From: Azolla caroliniana
Taxonomy: Eukaryota; Plantae; Polypodiophyta
Length of the DNA: 64,000 nt
NCBI GenBank assembly: GCA_043228905.1
Contig: JBHGNT010000018.1
Location: 6,448,001-6,512,000, forward strand
Direction of reading: 5' to 3'
Under the pieces are notes generated by a model. That model did not search any database and was not told the origin of the DNA. It saw only the letters and a program-made list of their open reading frames with translations. The translations under genes and the position numbers were made by a program. Below, piece by piece: positions 59,560 to 64,000 of the stretch (positions are counted from its first letter, which is position 1; every line of letters begins with the position of its first letter).

Positions 59560-62125
59560 TAACATGTATCAATGTGTACGGTTTTCCCGTTCTGCAAAGA
59601 ATATGGTTTTGTAGTTAGGTGCCACATGTGTAGTATAATGTGTGAAGCGTGAGCCTCCACATTTGTCCCATGTCATGATACATTGGTGTTGCAAAAAAGC
59701 CTCATTTATAGAGGAATCTAGTGATGCATCATGACAGAAGTGTCTCGCATCCCATCTACCAAACCATTTTTCTATATCTTGCATCCAACCGGAACACAAA
59801 ATTTTGCTTTTATCACCATCTTTTGGATCTTTTTGCTTGCTTCCCATGCAATTCTAGGAAGTCGATGTGAGGGACTTTTTTGAACCTTAAGCATGTATTC
59901 AACAACCCTTTCCATGGCCATGATCTCTATGGGAAGCAATTCCGTCTCAAGGAGGAGGGTGTAGGGCGTTTGTTTCTTAACTTGTAGAAACTTTGTAAGA
60001 AAATGTTTTTGGACATTTTCAAACTCTTTCCACATAGATTTAGGGATGCTACCACCCCATACTTCCACCCCATAGAGAAGAACCAGTCTCGCCAAAGTGT
60101 CGAAAAGATATTTCTTGAGGACCCAACACTTACTATATCCAAGATTGCATGTGTTCTCAAATGCATAGTATGCTTGCTTACCCGCTTCTAAGTGGCATTT
60201 AGCACATTCATTCCATCTATGATTTGAAGGAACTTCAAGGCCAAGATATTCGAAGTTTTCCACACATTCAAGTGGCTCATTGTTGTACATAATGCATGAT
60301 TTATCTATTTTTAGGCTCTTCACAAGCATAATGTTTGTTTTAGAGCTATTGACACTTAATTTAGTAGGCATGCAAATTGTTTCCAATGCCTTCATAAGCT
60401 TTTGCGCATCACCTGCATATAGCAAAAACATAAAATCCCACCATTCCCAATAGCAACTTCTTCAACACATTCTTCCTTTGCAAACTTGGTAACCATTTCT
60501 TCCAATTCATCAAAGCATAGAACAAATAGTGTTGATGAGAGTGGGCATCCTTGTTTAACACCAATAGTGCTATTGAAAAAATCTGAAAGTCTATCTATCA
60601 TACACACACAACATATAACCTTCTCATAAATTCGGGAAATTGCACAGATATATTTACTTGGCACCTCAAGTTCTTCCATTCACCTCTAAAGATGCTCACG
60701 ATATACCACATCAAAAGCTTTCTTGAAGTCTACAAAGCAACAATATAAACCTTTACCTCTAAGGTGACATTCCTCCATTAATACTCGAAGGGTGACAAGG
60801 TGATCAATGGTGCTATGGTGTTTTTGAAAGCCAGCTTGTCTATAAGCTCTCTTACCATTTTTTTCAACCCATACACTTATCTTTGATTCCATTATACATC
60901 CAAATAGTTTTTCCATTAATCAGCCAACCATGATGGTTCGATAGTTGTTTACATTATTTACATCTCCACCTTTATGTAAAGGTTTGATCCAATTTGTAGT
61001 CCAATTATACGGAATACCATGTTGCAATGCATCATTGAACATATCACTTATCCATATATGTGCTTCCTTTCCCGTCCATTTAAAATTGTATTCATTTAAA
61101 ATTGCTTGCCTTTCGAGAGGCCAATTTCTTAAGTCCTAATATGCATATATCTTCAATTGTAAAGAAGGGAGACATATGTGAAAGAGAACCATAACACATC
61201 ATCTTTCTGAAAAGAGATAATTCATATAAATTCTTACAATGCATAGACAAGTCGTGAATAGTTAAGTCACCATAACTCTCAACACGTTTCCCCTTTAGAT
61301 TTCCCCAAAATTTAGCACATGTATGTGCTTTCTCTTGCCTTTAGATAAATTGTTGAGTAACTTCCCACATTCTTCTCTTTCTTTGAATAAGCCTTTTATA
61401 CTCATGCAAATGCTTTTGGTAATTCTCTTTATCCTTAACTACATCCAAAAAAATAAGGCACTTTCGAGCTTCATGATATTCTTTATCAAACCATTTTTTC
61501 CTAAGTTTCTTGGTGCATTTCCAAGATGTGCGGTTGGTCGAAAAACATTTGTTTGTACAATAGAGAATGAATTTCTTGAAAGCTTCCCATTTGCATTCTA
61601 GTGTGGCACCATGTTGTATCTTTGTCATTTGTAGCATATCGTCAACCATCTTGGAATACATGGGCACTCACTTAAGATTTATGCTCAAGTGAGGTTGTTT
61701 ATTATCTTCAATAGCTTTCGCACAATCAAACCTATGCATACATTTGAGATCAATACATAAAGGCTTATGATCAGATTCCAGTGTCCATTCAGCAAGTGAG
61801 AATTTATGTATACGATCCAAAATACCCTCAGAAAGTAGCACATATTCAATCACACTATTTCCTTGTGTTTTGTACATGTAAAACCATTAGCGTTGGGTCA
61901 TAAGGAAATACTATTGGCAATAAGCAATCCGGTACTATTGCACATTTGTAGGAGTAATTTCCCAAATTGGTCCGGATCTTTTTCATTGCTAGAAGAGCGG
62001 CTAGACATTTGCATATCCTCTTGCATACTTGAGCTATGTGGCATGAAAGATTCCTGTGAATCAAGTTGGAAACTTCTTGTACGAGCATTCATGTTACCAA
62101 AGACAATAACTTCCCCTTTGGATTT
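59560..62125 (-). mobile_element. Degenerate LINE (non-L1, RTE/L2-like ORF2), interrupted at 62126
   Basis: SVIEYVL..SDHKPL endonuclease end; QAGFQKHHSTIDH, FVDFKKAFD, GVKQGCPLS, LLYAGD, FEYLGL, LLYGVEVWG. Confidence 0.8.
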
Positions 62126-64000
62126 TGTTGAGAGACAAGCTCAACATCGGCCGGATCGGCTGAAGAAGCCGAGGACCGGATCGGTTGGGATCGATCGGTT
62201 AGGCCGAGTGCGTAAATCAAGAGGCCATTAGGAAAGATTTTCCGTGAGGAATATATTTGGGAGTTAGTGTAGGAGCTCTTAATGAGCATTGAAGTACTGT
62301 CAGTACTTCTGTCAGTCCTTCTAGGACTTGTATAAAAGTGTTCATTGAACACACATATGTATAGAGTGGTGAGTAGAGATTGAGTAATTTTTTGTTGAAT
62401 ATAGTTCTTGTGTTTTCTCTCTCACACTCTCTCTGTCTCTCCCGCGTATACTGCGTAAGCTCAAGCTCTCCATTAAACCTGAGTTTTCTTACTTCTGTTC
62501 GGTCTTCATACTTGCTTCCGCACGCTACTTTTTACATGGTATCAGAGCGCGAGGGTTGAGAACCTCTCTGCAGCCGACATAGCTTGACGAAGAAGAACAA
62601 GAAGAACGATGGATAGAGGCATGGCGAGCTCGCTTCCAACAGAGAAGCTCGACAGAACCAACTACGCGTCTTGGTGATACAAGATGCAACAGTACCTGCT
62701 CGGGCATGTCTACTGGAGTTATGTCGAAGGAGCTAATGACGCAGCACCCGAATCGACACACAGAGACTTCCTGTCGTGGGAGCAATCGGCGAGCAGGGTA
62801 TTATACTGCCTCACGTCGTGTGTGGGCGAACAACTATTGAGCTATGTTCGGGATGCAAAGATGCCGAAGGGTGCGTGGGAAAATCTGAAGAAGATTTTCG
62901 CCGTGAGCACCACAGCTAGGAAGCTTCAGCTCTGACAGGAGTTGAGCAACCTAAGACAACGCGACTTGTCGGTGGCGGACTATACCTCGAAGATCAAGGA
63001 TATCTACGACTCCCTCGCCTCCATAGAGGTGAACATCGAGGAGAGCAAGATGATCCAGATCTGTCTCGGAGGTTTGGTGTCGAAGTTCGGAGCGTTCCGA
63101 ACGGCTGTGTGTACCCGGGAGAATACGCCGTCCTTTTTCGACTTACAGTCAATGCTCCTGGTAGAGGAGAACCACGCAGGTGTGTCTACAAGCACGCACA
63201 CCGACAACAGAATGTTGTACACGGAGGGAGATAGGCCCCGTGGACTTGGAGGACGAGGCGAGTCGGCGCGCAATGGAGGCGGCCAACGAGATCAAGGAAG
63301 AAGGCACCGAAGTGATGTCGACAGCAACTCTGGACCCTCCGGAAACAGGGGGAGTCGAAGCGATGAGAACCAGCAAGGGAAGGCCATCGCGGAGTGCTGG
63401 TACTGTGGCAAGAAAGGCCATAGGGAAAGTGAGTGCTGGAAGAAGCGTGCCAATTCGGAGAGAACCGGTTCCGGAAACGGCTCCAGGCATACCGACAAGG
63501 GAAATTTGCAGCGATCGCACTATGCCGAAAACTCCGGGAGAGCCGGAGAAGGGTCTACCTTCGTGACGAGACACGGAGCAAACTCAATGAAACAGACCAC
63601 CCCGAGATCGGACGAGGTGTGGTACGTAGACTCCGGCGCGGAGCCATAAGGAGTGGTTCTCGTACCTTGAAAAACCGATACAACTTGGAGTAGTCGCAAC
63701 TGGAGACAACACTCCGCATCCGATCGCGAATGTAGGAGAAGTTCCCCTTAGCCATGTTGGGCAGAAAGGGAAACTCATGAACGTGTTGCACGTCCCAACA
63801 ATCACGAAGAACTTGGTCTCGGTTGGACAGATCGTCGACCAAAGAATGGAGGTTTGGTTTACACACCTCGGGTGCTTCATTGAGGAAGAAGGCCATGTGA
63901 TTGCGCAAGGGCGCAGAGACGGGAGGATGTTCATCCTTGACTCCACTGACGACGGCACCGCAATGTTCGCGAAGGGACAAAAATCCGAGTGGGACATCGA
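62126..64000 (+). mobile_element. Ty1/copia retrotransposon, 5' part (runs off window)
   Basis: LTR 62126-62536; PBS tggtatcagagc at 62537; disrupted gag (CWYCGKKGHRESEC) and protease (WYVDSGA) similar to the 28521 element. Confidence 0.9.

Noticed and set aside
58911-59560. Possible gene or transposon remnant
   Set aside because: No recognisable motif or terminus; left unannotated.

Overview
Eukaryotic, repeat-dense land-plant DNA. A fern/lycophyte-like origin is inferred from the TE repertoire, not proven. The only convincing host gene is a two-exon GT92/DUF23-like glycosyltransferase (2141-4199). The rest is a deep nest of mobile elements: several Ty1/copia elements (one intact, 42753-50739), a tRNA-Trp-primed Ty3/gypsy family with 4-bp TSDs, two LINE types, a Sola-like transposase relic with a palindromic array, and a non-autonomous DNA transposon (8-bp TSD) carrying host gene fragments (RPP3-like, IQD). 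The most notable item is a recent 2.6-kb Penelope-like retroelement (42991-45576, minus) inserted without TSD into the 3' LTR of the intact copia. It has an open RT frame with no GIY-YIG endonuclease, five tandem 40-bp copies of its own ORF terminus, a TATA box, and a type I hammerhead ribozyme with a palindromic minimal stem III (43173-43227). All calls are by eye; no searches were run.
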